A stretch of DNA of 64,000 nucleotides from Myxococcota bacterium. Lineage in GTDB: Bacteria > Myxococcota_A > UBA796 > GCA-2862545. This document shows, one piece after another, positions 1-10,780 of this stretch. The notes under the pieces were generated by a model, which had not been told where the DNA came from, did not search any database, and saw only the letters and a program-made list of their open reading frames with translations. The DNA lies in contig JBCCQY010000013.1 in assembly GCA_039208735.1 (NCBI GenBank), positions 27,889-91,888 on the forward strand, read 5' to 3'. Position numbers and translations under genes: made by a program. Position 1 is the first letter of the stretch. Every line of letters begins with the position of its first letter.

Positions 1-1
1 C

Positions 2-889
2 ACCGCCGCACAGGGCTATCTCACCGTCGCCTTCCTGTTTGGCACGGCCAGTGTGGTGCCGCCGCTCTTGATTGCGGCCACGGTTCGCGAAGATCCGTCG
101 GTCCCGCCGCCCGTGGATCGACCCTTTCTTGCTACCCTTCGGGCGGCTTGGGCCAACGTACCCTTCCGGTACTTGGCGCTGCTCTACATGCTCAACTGGA
201 TCACCTTCGATCTCGTTGCCCTGATGATCCCGTTCTTCGTCGAGTATCATCTGGATGCGGGCGGGGGAACCAAGCTGTCGCTGTTCGGCGTGGGGCTCGA
301 AATCGAGTCGGCCATGCTGGGGGTGTTGCTTGTGGTCGCGCTGGTCGTGTTGCCCGTGTGGACGCCATTGAGCCGACGAGTCGGTAAAACCGGCGCCTAC
401 ATTGCAGCCATGGTGAGCTGGGCGTTGGTACAGCTCGGTCTGTTCTTCGTGGCGCCCGGCGACGTCACGTTGGCCCTTTCGCTGGCGCTTGGAGCGAGCC
501 TCGGGGTCTCCGCGGCCCATGTCCTGCCTGACGCGATGATTCCCGATGTGGTGGACGTCGACGAAGTCGAGACGGGCGAACGGAATGAGGGCATCTACTA
601 CGGCGCCAAGAATCTACTGCGCAAGCTCACGGGGGCCTGCGCGATCTTTTTGGCGCTTCAAGCGCTCGGCTGGGCCGGCTTTCAGCCTTCTGCGTCGCAA
701 TCCGGCACCTACGTCCCTCCAGAGTCAGCCATCTGGGCCATTCGGCTCCTCGTGGGGCCCGCCGGTGCGGTGCTGCTTATCGGGGCGGCGTACGCGGCGT
801 GGGTGTATCCCCTGACGCGGGCTCGCCACGATGCGATTCGACAGGCGCTAAAGGCCAAACGAGATGCGCAGGCGGGACGCAACCCGTAG
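2..889 (+). CDS. MFS/GPH (glycoside-pentoside-hexuronide:cation symporter) family transporter, 5'-truncated by the window
   Basis: Multiple TM helices; GPH loop motif 'PDAMIPDVVDVDEVETGERNEGIYYG' and C-terminal 'YPLTR'; the frame is open back to the window start. Confidence 0.85.
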   Translation, partial: TAAQGYLTVAFLFGTASVVPPLLIAATVREDPSVPPPVDRPFLATLRAAWANVPFRYLALLYMLNWITFDLVALMIPFFVEYHLDAGGGTKLSLFGVGLEIESAMLGVLLVVALVVLPVWTPLSRRVGKTGAYIAAMVSWALVQLGLFFVAPGDVTLALSLALGASLGVSAAHVLPDAMIPDVVDVDEVETGERNEGIYYGAKNLLRKLTGACAIFLALQALGWAGFQPSASQSGTYVPPESAIWAIRLLVGPAGAVLLIGAAYAAWVYPLTRARHDAIRQALKAKRDAQAGRNP

Positions 890-892
890 CCT

Positions 893-937
893 AAAACAAA
901 GAGCGCGCCGCCCCGCTCATTGGCGGGAGGCGCGCTC
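893..937 (-). terminator. Rho-independent terminator between convergent genes
   Basis: Stem GAGCGCGCC(901-909)/GGCGCGCTC(929-937) with inner CCCGC/GCGGG; AAAACAAA at 893-900 is a U-tract on the minus strand. Confidence 0.7.
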
Positions 938-955
938 GTCGAGTGCCCGGAACGC

Positions 956-2737
956 TTAGAGTTCGACGCGTTCGGTGATGACGTTCGCGGTGCCGTCGCC
1001 GGGGTAAAGGATGGTCGTCAGCAGGGGACGATCCTCGGCCCACGAAGGCGCAGACGGACGAACGAGGAGACGGGGACCGGTGGTGCCGGGCGCGGTCTCG
1101 ACCTGGCCGACCATGTAGTTCTGCTGGCCATTAACGTCGATGACGAAGTCGCTCACTCGCTTACCGCCGAAGCTTTCCCAACGGAAGTCGGGGAGGGGCG
1201 GGTTGAAGCTCACGGCGGTCACGGGGGTGCCACGGCCGTACTGCTCAACGCGGATGTTCATCAGCTCGAGGTAAGCATCCGACACGAGGCGGTAGGTGTA
1301 GGTGAGCGTACGGTCCGGGGTCGCCTGAACGGCTTCGACTTCGTTGCCGCGGCGCGTCACGAGCCACTTGAGCTTCACGGTGTCGCCCGAGGGCCGGGTA
1401 TGCACGGTGGTGAAGTTCTTAAGGGCGAACTCGGGACGCAGGCCCTGGTTCATGTCCATCTCGGCCGTGGCCGGCTCATCTTCGCCTTCGACTTCGCCTT
1501 CCTCGGCTTCGGGAAGGTCTTCCGACTCATCCATCTCGAAATCATCGAGTTCGTCGAGGTCTGCCTCGGCGGCTTCCGCAACGTCTTCTTTGAGGTCGTA
1601 GATGCCTTCACCCAACGATGCGGAGGCCTCGCCGTCGCCCTCGGCCGGGGTGAAGCTGAAGGTCCACTGGACCTTGCCGGTGACGTTGTCCGCGAAGGTC
1701 CAACCGTCGACCGCACGGGTGATGCAGCGCGTCATGACTTCGTCGGTGATGCCACCCTCGACCTCGGGGAGTGCCGTGCCGACGACGACCCCTTCCGAGA
1801 TGTCGAAATCCACCTGCAGCGGACCACCGAGTTCCGGAACTTCTTCGGTGCGCTTGAGGTAGCAACCCTGAACCGTGCTGAAGTTCTGCGCGACCGTGAC
1901 CTTCACGGCCTCGCTTGGCCTCACTTCGACTTCGACGGGCGCTGAGTCTTCCGTGACCACCTTTTCGACGATGACTTCGCCGTACTCGGGGCCGCCGTAG
2001 CCAAGGCCTTCGGGCATGATGGCGAACTTGCCGACCGCAAGACCGCCCTGCACCTGGGTCTGCACGAAGCGGCCCGGCACCACACCTGCGATCTTGCGGA
2101 ACGAAACGTCGGCGCCGTCAAGCTTCATGTCGGCCTTAAAAAGACTTTCCTGGGCCGGAATGTCGAGGGCGACGAGCAGCTGGTTGGCGGAGTGGTCGAA
2201 GGCGCGACCGTTGCGCTTGCGCTCAGTTTGGACGGGGGCGTCGCCCTCAAACTTCGCGTCGACGCGGTTGCCAAGGCTGTTGATGTAGGAGAGCGTGAGA
2301 TCGATGGTCTCGGCGTCGGACGCATCCTCGGCGTTGAACCGGTCGACGGCACGACGGGCCAACGGAAGTTCTGGCAGGATGGCGTCGATATCGTCGATGC
2401 TGGCCACCAGGGTCTGGTCGCCTTCGAGGTTGGTCTCGAGGGCGAACCAGAGGGGGCCCGAGGGGCGCGACAGGCGAGCCACTTCGATCATGTCAAAGTC
2501 ATCGCTCTTCGGCATCAGGGCGATATCGAGATCGAAGGCGGCGCCGAATGCGAGGAAAGGCAACGGCGGAGCCTGCGTCTTCGGATCCTTACCGGCGTAC
2601 CGCTGCTCCGCGAAGCTTCGGTAGGTCGGGAAGTTGAGGGTCCGTTCATAGTCGGACATCACCGGGCCCTTCGGTCGATATTTCGACCCGCACCCAGCGA
2701 ACACCAGGGTGCTCAGCCCAATCAATACCCAGCGCAT
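956..2737 (-). CDS. Lipoprotein with an internal AgmX/PglI-like (TonB-C-like) domain and an acidic linker
   Basis: Lipobox 'LVFAGC'; 'VQGCY...[16 protein letters not shown]...[11 protein letters not shown]...GKVQWTFSF' resembles the AgmX/PglI C-terminal domain. Confidence 0.6.
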   Translation of the reverse strand: MRWVLIGLSTLVFAGCGSKYRPKGPVMSDYERTLNFPTYRSFAEQRYAGKDPKTQAPPLPFLAFGAAFDLDIALMPKSDDFDMIEVARLSRPSGPLWFALETNLEGDQTLVASIDDIDAILPELPLARRAVDRFNAEDASDAETIDLTLSYINSLGNRVDAKFEGDAPVQTERKRNGRAFDHSANQLLVALDIPAQESLFKADMKLDGADVSFRKIAGVVPGRFVQTQVQGGLAVGKFAIMPEGLGYGGPEYGEVIVEKVVTEDSAPVEVEVRPSEAVKVTVAQNFSTVQGCYLKRTEEVPELGGPLQVDFDISEGVVVGTALPEVEGGITDEVMTRCITRAVDGWTFADNVTGKVQWTFSFTPAEGDGEASASLGEGIYDLKEDVAEAAEADLDELDDFEMDESEDLPEAEEGEVEGEDEPATAEMDMNQGLRPEFALKNFTTVHTRPSGDTVKLKWLVTRRGNEVEAVQATPDRTLTYTYRLVSDAYLELMNIRVEQYGRGTPVTAVSFNPPLPDFRWESFGGKRVSDFVIDVNGQQNYMVGQVETAPGTTGPRLLVRPSAPSWAEDRPLLTTILYPGDGTANVITERVEL

Positions 2738-2975
2738 GCCTTCTCCTTTTGTGCTGCCAACGACGACCTGTTCCAGGGGAGATTGGGCCTGCGGCCCGAC
2801 GGGAACGCGTTCGGCGTCCTCTCCTGACGGCCTTTCTGGACCGCCATTGCCCGCAGCTTCTGCGGACCGTCACCCCTATGTCCTCGGCGGGATCGGTGCA
2901 AGCACGATACGACCGGCGGGAGTTAGGAAGGGCCGCCGTTATGACGCAATGGCGACCGGCGATGGGGAGGGTTCG

Positions 2976-3746
2976 ATGGCGTACACGGTAGGCTCGCTCG
3001 AGCTGACCTCGCGGCTCATCGTTGGGACGGGCCGCTACCGCGACCTCGAACAGATGAAAGCGTGTCATGAAGCTGCGCGAACCGAGTTGGTGACCGTGGC
3101 GCTGCGGCGCGTCGATCTGGACGGCCTCGAGGGGCCAAGTCTCCTCGACTACATTGACACGGACCGTATCACCCTGCTGCCGAACACCTCAGGCTGCTAC
3201 ACCGCTGAAGATGCGGTGACGACCGCAGAAATCGGTCGGGAACTCCTCGGTACGGCGCGCGTGAAGCTCGAGGTGATCGGCGATGAACGGACCTTGTTTC
3301 CCGACGCCGAAGGCACGCTCGAAGCGGCGCGTCTGCTTGTGGCAAAGGGGTTCGAGGTCTGGCCTTATTGTTCGGACGATCCGGTATTGTGCCAGCGGCT
3401 CGTCGACATCGGCTGCGTCGCGGTGATGCCGTTGGCAGCGCCTATTGGTTCGGGACTTGGAATCCGGAATTCGACCAATCTGCAAATCATCCGTCAGTTT
3501 GTCGACGTTCCGATGATCGTGGACGCAGGGGTCGGCACGGCCTCCGACGCAGCCATCGCGTTCGAGCTAGGTGCCGACGCGGTCATGATGAACACGGCGA
3601 TCGCCGAGGCCGGTGACCCGGTGGCCATGGCCCATGCGATGTACCATGCGTGTGAGGCGGGCCGAATGGCTTATGAGTCGGGGCGAATGCCACGTCGTCT
3701 CTACGCAACGGCGAGTTCGCCCCTCGACGGCCGGTTCGGCACCTGA
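2976..3746 (+). CDS. thiG: Thiazole synthase
   Basis: 'SRLIVGTG', '[14 protein letters not shown]', 'KLEVIGD', '[14 protein letters not shown]', '[10 protein letters not shown]'; ATG 2976 follows GGGGAGG. Confidence 0.95.
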   Translation: MAYTVGSLELTSRLIVGTGRYRDLEQMKACHEAARTELVTVALRRVDLDGLEGPSLLDYIDTDRITLLPNTSGCYTAEDAVTTAEIGRELLGTARVKLEVIGDERTLFPDAEGTLEAARLLVAKGFEVWPYCSDDPVLCQRLVDIGCVAVMPLAAPIGSGLGIRNSTNLQIIRQFVDVPMIVDAGVGTASDAAIAFELGADAVMMNTAIAEAGDPVAMAHAMYHACEAGRMAYESGRMPRRLYATASSPLDGRFGT

Positions 3747-4342
3747 GCCACCCCGCGCCGCTCTTTGCCATTACGGCCGGAGACGATGGCCATGGGCGCG
3801 ATCTGCTGTCGTGGATGGGCCCGTTGGCCCAGGCGGGTCTTCGGTCCATCCTGATCCGCGAACCTCACGTCCCTGCGCCGCGGCTCGACGTCCTGTGTGA
3901 CGCAGCGGGGGCGGAAGGGTTGGACGTCTGGGTTCACGATCGACACCCACACGCTCGTCATCGTTCAGAAGGGCTCCACCTCTCGGCGGCGGGATCGCTT
4001 GCAGACCCGGCACGGCCCTTTGGCCAGAGCTGCCACAATGCGGCCGAACTCCGCCGAGCGTTCGCCGCGGGGGCTCGCTACGCGTTGCTCTCGCCCGTGT
4101 TTCAGCCCACGTCAAAGCCTGATGATCGCCGTCCTCCCTTAGGGGTTGAGGGGTTTGTCAGCCTCGCCGCGGGACGGCCGGTTTGGGCGCTTGGGGGCAT
4201 CACGCTGGCTCGAGCCGCGGCCCTTCACCGAGCGGGAGGCCGTGGTGTGGCTGTCCTCGGCGGGATCTTTGGGCAACCCGACCCCCGGTCGGCCGCGAAA
4301 ATGGTGACAAAGCTCTTGGCTACTTGGTCGGACGGAACGTAG
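3743..4342 (+). CDS. Thiamine phosphate synthase / TenI-like protein (start uncertain: CTG 3743 or ATG 3815)
   Basis: 'SCHN..EL', '[11 protein letters not shown]', 'VWALGGIT', 'GVAVLGGI'; lies directly after thiG. Confidence 0.75.
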   Translation: MSHPAPLFAITAGDDGHGRDLLSWMGPLAQAGLRSILIREPHVPAPRLDVLCDAAGAEGLDVWVHDRHPHARHRSEGLHLSAAGSLADPARPFGQSCHNAAELRRAFAAGARYALLSPVFQPTSKPDDRRPPLGVEGFVSLAAGRPVWALGGITLARAAALHRAGGRGVAVLGGIFGQPDPRSAAKMVTKLLATWSDGT

Positions 4343-4374
4343 AGTCCAGTCCTCGACCGTCTTTGGGAGTTCCC

Positions 4375-5526
4375 ATGTGGACCGTGTTGCTCGTGGCTTG
4401 TGGCTCGCCGACCGAAGAGAACGAAGTAGCGGAGCCGATCGCGCTGACTTGGGGATCCTCGAATCGCTCTGAGGCGGCGTTGGTCGTCCCCCGCGGCAAC
4501 GGTGACGATGGCTACTACGTGGGTCTCGAACTTGCGGCGCCGGCGCGGACCGACGGGGTTTTGGTATCGGTCGACACCACGGGCGACATTGCGTGGCAGG
4601 TCCAGTGGGGCAGCCTCGGAGATGACGAAGTCGACACGATCGTTGTCCTCGATGGTCAGGTGGCCGTGGGGGGCCGGCGATTGCTCAACCCCACCACCGA
4701 CTCCGACAGTCTTGCGGTCATGACCCTCATCGAAACGACAGGCCCTTCGGTGGTTGACGACACTTGGTGGATGTGGAACGCAAGCGAAGAGAACGACCGA
4801 ATTGCAGGTATCGAAGCTCTTGACGCCGGGTTTGCCTTGGCCGGTGGGGCCGGCCCCCAGCTTCTGACGGCCGAGATCGATGAGAAGGCGAAGACCGTGG
4901 ACCAGCTTCGCTTTGGACCCTCGCGTCGCACCGTGGAGCAAGCCGTTTCGATCGGGGGTGGCGAGTTCGTGCTCTACGGACAGGCCACGGACCCAAATGA
5001 TTTCAACGATCCAGGCCAGATCTGGGCGGGTCAGGTGGGCCCACGGGGCGACCTGCAGCGAGAAGAGAGCTTCGGAGAGCTGTACCAGGTGGAAGACCGC
5101 GCCACGGACTTGGTGGTCCTCGACGATGGGGCCTGGCTCATCGCGGGCGAGACGGGCATCAACAACGGCGATGTTGCGCTCATCGCGGTTGAGCCGTCGG
5201 GGGACGTTCGTTTCGAGGTGGCCTGGGACTCGGGTGGCCAAGACCTCGACCCGCAGTTGGCCATGTCACCGGAAGGCACCGTGTTTGGCGCTTCGGTTCG
5301 GAACCGGGATGAACTCATCGTGTTCACCGTGGATCTACAGACCGGTGACGTGACGCGGTTCTCGGAACTCGTTGGCGTGGATCGGGTGCGAGACCTCTGG
5401 GTCGACGAGGAGCGCATTTGCCTCGCCATGGCGCTGCCAGGTGACGTGAAGGGCGGCTACCTCGCCTCGTTTGCCTGCGGGGGCCGCGACGGTGAGGACG
5501 GCGTCGTTTGGCCCTCATTGCGTTAA
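4375..5526 (+). CDS. Hypothetical lipoprotein, probable beta-propeller
   Basis: 'MWTVLLVAC' lipobox; repeated 'G...W...WG' blade-like units. Confidence 0.6.
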   Translation: MWTVLLVACGSPTEENEVAEPIALTWGSSNRSEAALVVPRGNGDDGYYVGLELAAPARTDGVLVSVDTTGDIAWQVQWGSLGDDEVDTIVVLDGQVAVGGRRLLNPTTDSDSLAVMTLIETTGPSVVDDTWWMWNASEENDRIAGIEALDAGFALAGGAGPQLLTAEIDEKAKTVDQLRFGPSRRTVEQAVSIGGGEFVLYGQATDPNDFNDPGQIWAGQVGPRGDLQREESFGELYQVEDRATDLVVLDDGAWLIAGETGINNGDVALIAVEPSGDVRFEVAWDSGGQDLDPQLAMSPEGTVFGASVRNRDELIVFTVDLQTGDVTRFSELVGVDRVRDLWVDEERICLAMALPGDVKGGYLASFACGGRDGEDGVVWPSLR

Positions 5527-5536
5527 GAGCAGCGTT

Positions 5537-5686
5537 ATGCCAGAAGCCACGCCAACGCCCTGGATGTTCGATGCCGCCGTCTTCGTGGGGGTGTTTTCGG
5601 CCCTGACCTGGGGATTTCTCGTGCTGTTCAAGCCGAGGCTCTACCAAGGCGGGGGCGCACTTCCCGAGCCGCGGGACGAAGACTAG
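5537..5686 (+). CDS. Small single-TM protein (49 aa)
   Basis: ATG 5537; hydrophobic stretch 'AAVFVGVFSALTWGFLVLF'; exactly fills the gap between co-oriented genes. Confidence 0.5.
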   Translation: MPEATPTPWMFDAAVFVGVFSALTWGFLVLFKPRLYQGGGALPEPRDED

Positions 5687-6211
5687 GTGAGTGAGGCGCC
5701 GTCCAGGGGTGTGCGAGTCCTCCTCTACGGCGTTCTTGCCGCGTACCTTCTCGTGATTGTAGGCAGTGCGCTCGGAGGCAATGCCGCCACAGATGCCTTG
5801 CGGGATCATGTGACGCGACCCCTCGAACAGGTCTTGGGCATCCATCAGACATGGCCCATGTTCGCTTCGGTGCCGCGTCGTACGGAGTGGCTCACCGCGC
5901 ATGGCCAGCGACAGGACGGCGGGGAGGTCACCTTGGAAGCCTTGCCCGGTCGGCCCGACGACCAAGGTGTGCGCTGGACGTATGACCGGCTGGGGAAGCT
6001 TCAACGCAACGCTGCCGTGGAGCGACGCAAGAAGCTTCGCATGGGCATCGTGCGTTGGTTGTGTCGTCGAGAAAAGGCGATCGGCCAGCCCTTGTCGAAG
6101 CTCCAGCTGGTGCGACATCGATCGCAGACCCCTAAACCCGGTGGCCCATCCACCCCACGGAGCGCGTTCTTCGAAAGCCGAAGGGAGTATTCGCGGTGGA
6201 ACTGTCGCTAG
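5687..6211 (+). CDS. HTTM partner protein (SdpA/DUF5819-like)
   Basis: N-terminal TM then 'QTWPMFASVP' (Q-x-W-x-M-F-A-x-x-P); overlaps the HTTM gene. Confidence 0.55.
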   Translation: MSEAPSRGVRVLLYGVLAAYLLVIVGSALGGNAATDALRDHVTRPLEQVLGIHQTWPMFASVPRRTEWLTAHGQRQDGGEVTLEALPGRPDDQGVRWTYDRLGKLQRNAAVERRKKLRMGIVRWLCRREKAIGQPLSKLQLVRHRSQTPKPGGPSTPRSAFFESRREYSRWNCR

Positions 6212-7134
6212 CCCGCGTTGGCGAACGCATCGATCGCTTCCTGTTTGCCCCCGTCGATGCGCGGGCGGTGGCGGCGATGCGGATTTCGCTCGGGGTGCTC
6301 CTGTTGTTCGCGTGGGTGCCTTTGGGCGCCCAATTCGTGACGCTGTTCCACGTCGATGGCATCGTGGATGCGCACCTCATCGACACCTACTGGACCCCCT
6401 ATGCGTTGCGGTGGCTCGAGGGCCTCTCGCCCGAGGGATTGATGGGCGTCTACGGGCTCGGCATCGTCGCCATTGTGGCCTTCACCACAGGCACGTTGAC
6501 GCCGGTGGCGAACGGGGTCGTGGTCGTGCTGCTCGTGCTCATCCACCACCGCAACCCATGGATCCAGAACGGCGGTGACCGTCTCATCCGGATCTGGGCC
6601 CTCCTGATGCTGGTCATCCCTTCGGGAGCGGCGTGGTCCGTCGATGCCTGGCTCCGCGAGCGCCTGGGTTGGACCTCCCGCGCCACGGTGCCCGCGTTTG
6701 GACTGCGGCTCATCCAGATTCAGCTCGTCGTGATGTACACCTACACAGGGCTTGCGAAGCTAGGTGACTCGGCTTGGTTTTCGGGCGAAGCGATCTACTA
6801 CGCGATCAGCGATGGTGGCTTTTCTCGCGCTCCTTGGCTGCTCGACCCGATCGTGCAGCACCCAGTGGCACGCCCGTTCCTGTGGTTGCTCGATCTTGGC
6901 ACCTTGGCGTTTGAGATTGGCTTTCTGCCGTTGGTGTTGTGGTCACGGACCCGCAACGCGACGCTGATCGCGGGGATCGCATTGCATGCGGGGATTTTCC
7001 TCACCATGGCGGTGGGACTGTTCGGTCCCGCCTCGGTTTGGGGCTACCAGGCGCTAGCCCCGTGGTCGCAACCCCGCGATTCGACCGGGCTACGTGAGTC
7101 GAAACCGATGGAGGCAAGGCATGAACGGAGGTGA
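6196..7134 (+). CDS. HTTM domain membrane protein (SdpB / vitamin-K carboxylase-like)
   Basis: 'MRISLG', 'HRNPWIQNGGDRL', 'LRLIQIQLVVMYTYTGLAKL...W..GEA', 'ALHAGI'. Confidence 0.85.
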   Translation: MELSLARVGERIDRFLFAPVDARAVAAMRISLGVLLLFAWVPLGAQFVTLFHVDGIVDAHLIDTYWTPYALRWLEGLSPEGLMGVYGLGIVAIVAFTTGTLTPVANGVVVVLLVLIHHRNPWIQNGGDRLIRIWALLMLVIPSGAAWSVDAWLRERLGWTSRATVPAFGLRLIQIQLVVMYTYTGLAKLGDSAWFSGEAIYYAISDGGFSRAPWLLDPIVQHPVARPFLWLLDLGTLAFEIGFLPLVLWSRTRNATLIAGIALHAGIFLTMAVGLFGPASVWGYQALAPWSQPRDSTGLRESKPMEARHERR

Positions 7135-8848
7135 ACGGGTTGCAGAGGTGCTCAAGCGCCACGGAGTGCCCTTTGTGTTCACGCTCATTGGCGGTCACGT
7201 CTCGCCGATCCTGGTGTCTGCGAAGGCCAAGGGCATTCGGGTCATCGACGTACGACACGAGGTGAACGCGGTGTTTGCTGCAGATGCAGTGGCCCGTTTG
7301 ACGGGCGTGCCCGGGGTGGCCGTGGTCACCGCCGGACCTGGCGTTACCAATGCGATCACCGCGATCAAAAATGCCCAGCTCGCGCAGTCGCCGCTTGTGC
7401 TCATTGGTGGGGCGACGACTACGCTGTTGCGCGGCCGAGGGTCGCTGCAAGACATCGATCAGGTTGCGTTGATGAAGCCCCACGTGAAGCTGCTGGAGCG
7501 TCCCGATCGGTTGCGCGACGTGGTGCCTGCCCTCGAGCGGGCCATGCATGTGGCGGCGAGCGGGGTGCCGGGCCCCGTGTTCGTCGAACTGGCTATCGAC
7601 CTACTCTATGACGAATCCACGGTTCGCGAGCAGGTCGACAAGCAAGTCAATCCGCCCAATCCAACCCTCACGCAGCGCGCAATTTCCGCCTATGTCAGTA
7701 CCCATCTCTGGCGAACCTACCGAGGAAGTGACGGGCCGCGATTCCATGCGCCGCGAGCCATCGACATCCCCCAGCCCTCGTCATCGAAGGTGCGGAAGGC
7801 CGCGGGCTGGTTGCGAGATGCCCAACGTCCGCTGATGGTCCTTGGTTCGCAGGTCATGCTGCGTCCGGATCGGGTGGAGGCGCTGGTTGCCGCCGTAGAG
7901 GCGATGGGCATCCCCTGCTACCTCTCGGGCATGGCTCGGGGGCTCCTCGGCGCCAACCACCCGCTGCAGAAGCGCCACAAGCGCCGCATCGCGCTGAAGG
8001 CGGCCGATGTGGTGCTGTTGGCCGGGGTCCCGAGCGACTTTCGACTCGATTACGGCAACCACGTCCGTCGTGCCAAGGTCATCGGGGTGAACTTATCCGA
8101 GGAAGATCTCCACAAGAATCGGAGCCCCGACCTTGGTATTCTCGCGGATCCGCATGCCACGTTGCTCCAGATCGCGGCGAGCATCGGACCGATTCCCAAC
8201 CGGGCCTCCTGGCTCGCGGAACTCGACGAGCGCGACGCAGCGCGGAATGCCGAAATCACCACCATGGTCTCGGAACAAGACGAGCTGCTCGACCCCGTGG
8301 GATTCTGCCAGGAGGTCGACGAAGCCTTGTCCGATGACAGTGTTCTGGTCGGAGATGGCGGTGACTTCGTGGCGACCGCGGCCTACACCGTCTCGCCGCG
8401 ACGCCCCCTGTCGTGGTTGGACCCTGGGGTCTTCGGCACGCTGGGGGTGGGGGCGGGGTTCGCGCTGGGGGCCAAGCTCGTGCGGCCCGATGCCGATGTG
8501 TGGCTTTTGTGGGGCGACGGTGCAGCAGGCTTTTCGATCATGGAGATGGACACGTTCGCCCGTCATGGGGTGCCCGTCATTGCGGTCGTTGGGAACGACG
8601 CAGGCTGGACCCAGATCTTGCGCGACCAAGCGACGATCCTCGGCGACGATGTGGCCTGCCGCCTGACCCACATGGACTACCACACGGTGGCCGAAGGGTG
8701 CGGGGCGAAGGGCTTTGTGGTCCGTGAGCCGGGGGCGGTCAAAGGGGTCCTCGCCGAGGCGGTTCAGACCTCTCGCGCCGGCACTCCCGTGCTCGTCAAC
8801 GCGCTGCTCGGTCGGTCACGCTTTCGGGAAGGCTCGATTTCGATGTGA
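7121..8848 (+). CDS. TPP-dependent enzyme, ILVBL/HACL2-like (2-hydroxyacyl-CoA lyase / acetolactate synthase-like)
   Basis: '[10 protein letters not shown]', '[14 protein letters not shown]', 'VTAGPG', '[13 protein letters not shown]', TPP motif 'GDGA...GNDAGW', C-terminal 'FREGSISM'. Confidence 0.85.
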   Translation: MNGGERVAEVLKRHGVPFVFTLIGGHVSPILVSAKAKGIRVIDVRHEVNAVFAADAVARLTGVPGVAVVTAGPGVTNAITAIKNAQLAQSPLVLIGGATTTLLRGRGSLQDIDQVALMKPHVKLLERPDRLRDVVPALERAMHVAASGVPGPVFVELAIDLLYDESTVREQVDKQVNPPNPTLTQRAISAYVSTHLWRTYRGSDGPRFHAPRAIDIPQPSSSKVRKAAGWLRDAQRPLMVLGSQVMLRPDRVEALVAAVEAMGIPCYLSGMARGLLGANHPLQKRHKRRIALKAADVVLLAGVPSDFRLDYGNHVRRAKVIGVNLSEEDLHKNRSPDLGILADPHATLLQIAASIGPIPNRASWLAELDERDAARNAEITTMVSEQDELLDPVGFCQEVDEALSDDSVLVGDGGDFVATAAYTVSPRRPLSWLDPGVFGTLGVGAGFALGAKLVRPDADVWLLWGDGAAGFSIMEMDTFARHGVPVIAVVGNDAGWTQILRDQATILGDDVACRLTHMDYHTVAEGCGAKGFVVREPGAVKGVLAEAVQTSRAGTPVLVNALLGRSRFREGSISM

Positions 8849-9961
8849 TCGACGGCGGGCGACCAACAAGCCCGGCACGACCATGAGCCACGCCAATCCC
8901 GACCCTGGGGACGTGGACTGACAGCCACAGAGTTCGGCTTCTTCGGGGAGTTCCCAAGCGAAGAGGCCTTCGGCGTTCGGGGGGGCGATGATGCCTTCGG
9001 TCTCGCACCACACCCGGGTCCCGTCTGCGCAGGCTTCACGCATGGTGGTGTCGATCCAGTCGAGGAACGCATCCACACGGGTGTCGACGCCTCCCGTCAG
9101 GCGGCAGTCCGTCTGGTCGTAGGCGTGGCTCGTCACGCCAATGACGCGCCAAGGCTCGCTCGAGTCTGTGTCGTACTCACGGAAGGAGGGTCCTCCCGAG
9201 TCGCCGTGGCATTTGCGGCCATCTTCCGCCACCTCGCCCACTTTGAGTTCCCACCGGTTGATCTCGGCGATGAAGCTATCGGCGACTTGCTTGGTGCCGG
9301 CAATGCCGTCCTGGGCTTGCTGGCCCCACCCGACAATGACGAGATCGTCGTCGACATCGAGGGCGGCGCCTTCTTCGGCCGTGGGCAGAATGCCAAACGG
9401 GCGGCCTTCAAACGCTTCTTCAAGAAAGACGAGCCCGATGTCGGCGTTTCGTGCGAGCCCCAACGACAACTCCGCCAGGTCGAAACCCGGGTGCGCCACC
9501 CAATCCGTCGCGCGAATGGCCGAAGCGGGGAGCTCTTCGAACCCGCCGAGGAGTTCGAGCTCAAACTGGTGCGGGGTGAGGTCGGTGGTGGGGGCGAAGA
9601 CAAAGTCGAGATCCGAAAGACCAAACGCCTGGACCCCTTGGTTTTCGCCTTCCTGCAGGAGCCCGTCGACGTCAATGCAGTGGGCGGCGGTGAGCACGAC
9701 GTCCGGTGCGATCAACGTGGCGCTGCACCACAGCTGCCGGGAGCGAAGGCCGGGATAGTCGCCACCGAGTTCGATCGTAGCCTCGACGATGAGGCCCCCC
9801 GCCTCCCGCCACTCTCCGTTCGTTCCTCGTTCGCCGTTGATGATGGGGGAGGGCGCAGGAGGGTCCGCTTCGCTAGGGTCGGCGGGCCATTGTGGCTCAC
9901 GTGGCTCGGGGGTGTCCAAAGGGCCTTGCGCCCAGGCCACCGTCAACATCCACCATCCCAT
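8816..9961 (-). CDS. Secreted trypsin-like (S1) serine protease with a MYXO-CTERM-like anchor
   Basis: 'IING', 'CSATLIAPDVVLTAAHC', 'DIGL', 'CHGDSGGP'; C-terminal 'CGCQSTSPGSGLAWLMVVPGLLVARRR'. Confidence 0.85.
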   Translation of the reverse strand: MGWWMLTVAWAQGPLDTPEPREPQWPADPSEADPPAPSPIINGERGTNGEWREAGGLIVEATIELGGDYPGLRSRQLWCSATLIAPDVVLTAAHCIDVDGLLQEGENQGVQAFGLSDLDFVFAPTTDLTPHQFELELLGGFEELPASAIRATDWVAHPGFDLAELSLGLARNADIGLVFLEEAFEGRPFGILPTAEEGAALDVDDDLVIVGWGQQAQDGIAGTKQVADSFIAEINRWELKVGEVAEDGRKCHGDSGGPSFREYDTDSSEPWRVIGVTSHAYDQTDCRLTGGVDTRVDAFLDWIDTTMREACADGTRVWCETEGIIAPPNAEGLFAWELPEEAELCGCQSTSPGSGLAWLMVVPGLLVARRRSHRNRAFPKA

Positions 9962-10057
9962 CGTGCGTCCTCCCAGTGGTCGCGGCTTATGCGATGTTCC
10001 CTCACCGTCCAATACGAGCCGTTCGCGATACGCAGGCGATTCACGGTGGAGGCAGGT

Positions 10058-10771
10058 TTGCGGAGAGCGGAGAAGGCTGAAAAAATCATGGAGATTCTGC
10101 AGGACCGGTTTCCTGACCCTCCGGTACCGCTCGATCACACCGATCCCTACACGCTTCTTGTTGCGGTGATGCTATCGGCGCAGACCACCGACAAGAAGGT
10201 CAATGAGGTGACGCCGGCGCTGTTTGCAAAGGCATCCACCCCCGCCGCCATGGCTGAACTCGATGTCTCCGAGATTAAGGAGTTCATCAAGCAGATCGGC
10301 CTTGCGCCGCGCAAGGCCAAGGCGCTCAAGGGCTTGTCGCAGATGCTGCTCGATGATCACGACGGGGAAGTCCCCGCTGACTTCGAGGCGCTAGAAGCCT
10401 TACCGGGGGTCGGGCACAAGACCGCCTCGGTGGTGATGGCACAGGCCTTCGGCGTTCCCTCCTTCCCGGTCGATACGCACATTCACCGGCTGGCGGACCG
10501 CTGGGGCCTGTCGGATGGGTCGAACGTCGTCAAGACGGAGCGTGACCTCAAGGCGGTGTTCCCGCGGGATCGCTGGAACGACCTGCATCTGCAGATCATC
10601 TTCTTTGGCCGGGAGTTCTGTCCTGCGCGGTATCACGACCTTAGGGAATGCCCAATCTGCAGCTGGGCCGCCACGAAGAAGCGGATCCTGGCGGAAGAAA
10701 AAGAGAACGCCGCCCTCCGCAACGCACGACGCACGAAGAAGGGTCGAGGATCCAGGCCTCGTGCGCGTTAG
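10058..10771 (+). CDS. nth: Endonuclease III
   Basis: 'LLVAVMLSAQTTDKKVN', HhH 'LPGVGHKTA', 'VDTHIHR'; TTG 10058 follows GGAGG (the longer ORF call is a spurious extension). Confidence 0.92.
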   Translation: MRRAEKAEKIMEILQDRFPDPPVPLDHTDPYTLLVAVMLSAQTTDKKVNEVTPALFAKASTPAAMAELDVSEIKEFIKQIGLAPRKAKALKGLSQMLLDDHDGEVPADFEALEALPGVGHKTASVVMAQAFGVPSFPVDTHIHRLADRWGLSDGSNVVKTERDLKAVFPRDRWNDLHLQIIFFGREFCPARYHDLRECPICSWAATKKRILAEEKENAALRNARRTKKGRGSRPRAR

Positions 10772-10780
10772 AATGGCCCA

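Noticed and set aside
2738..2975. TPP riboswitch upstream of thiG
   Set aside because: The conserved CTGAGA and ACCTGA...GCG.AGG cores are not visible
9125..10057. N-terminal extension making nth a 548-aa fusion
   Set aside because: The extension is the antisense shadow of the S1 protease; a good RBS and TTG lie at 10058
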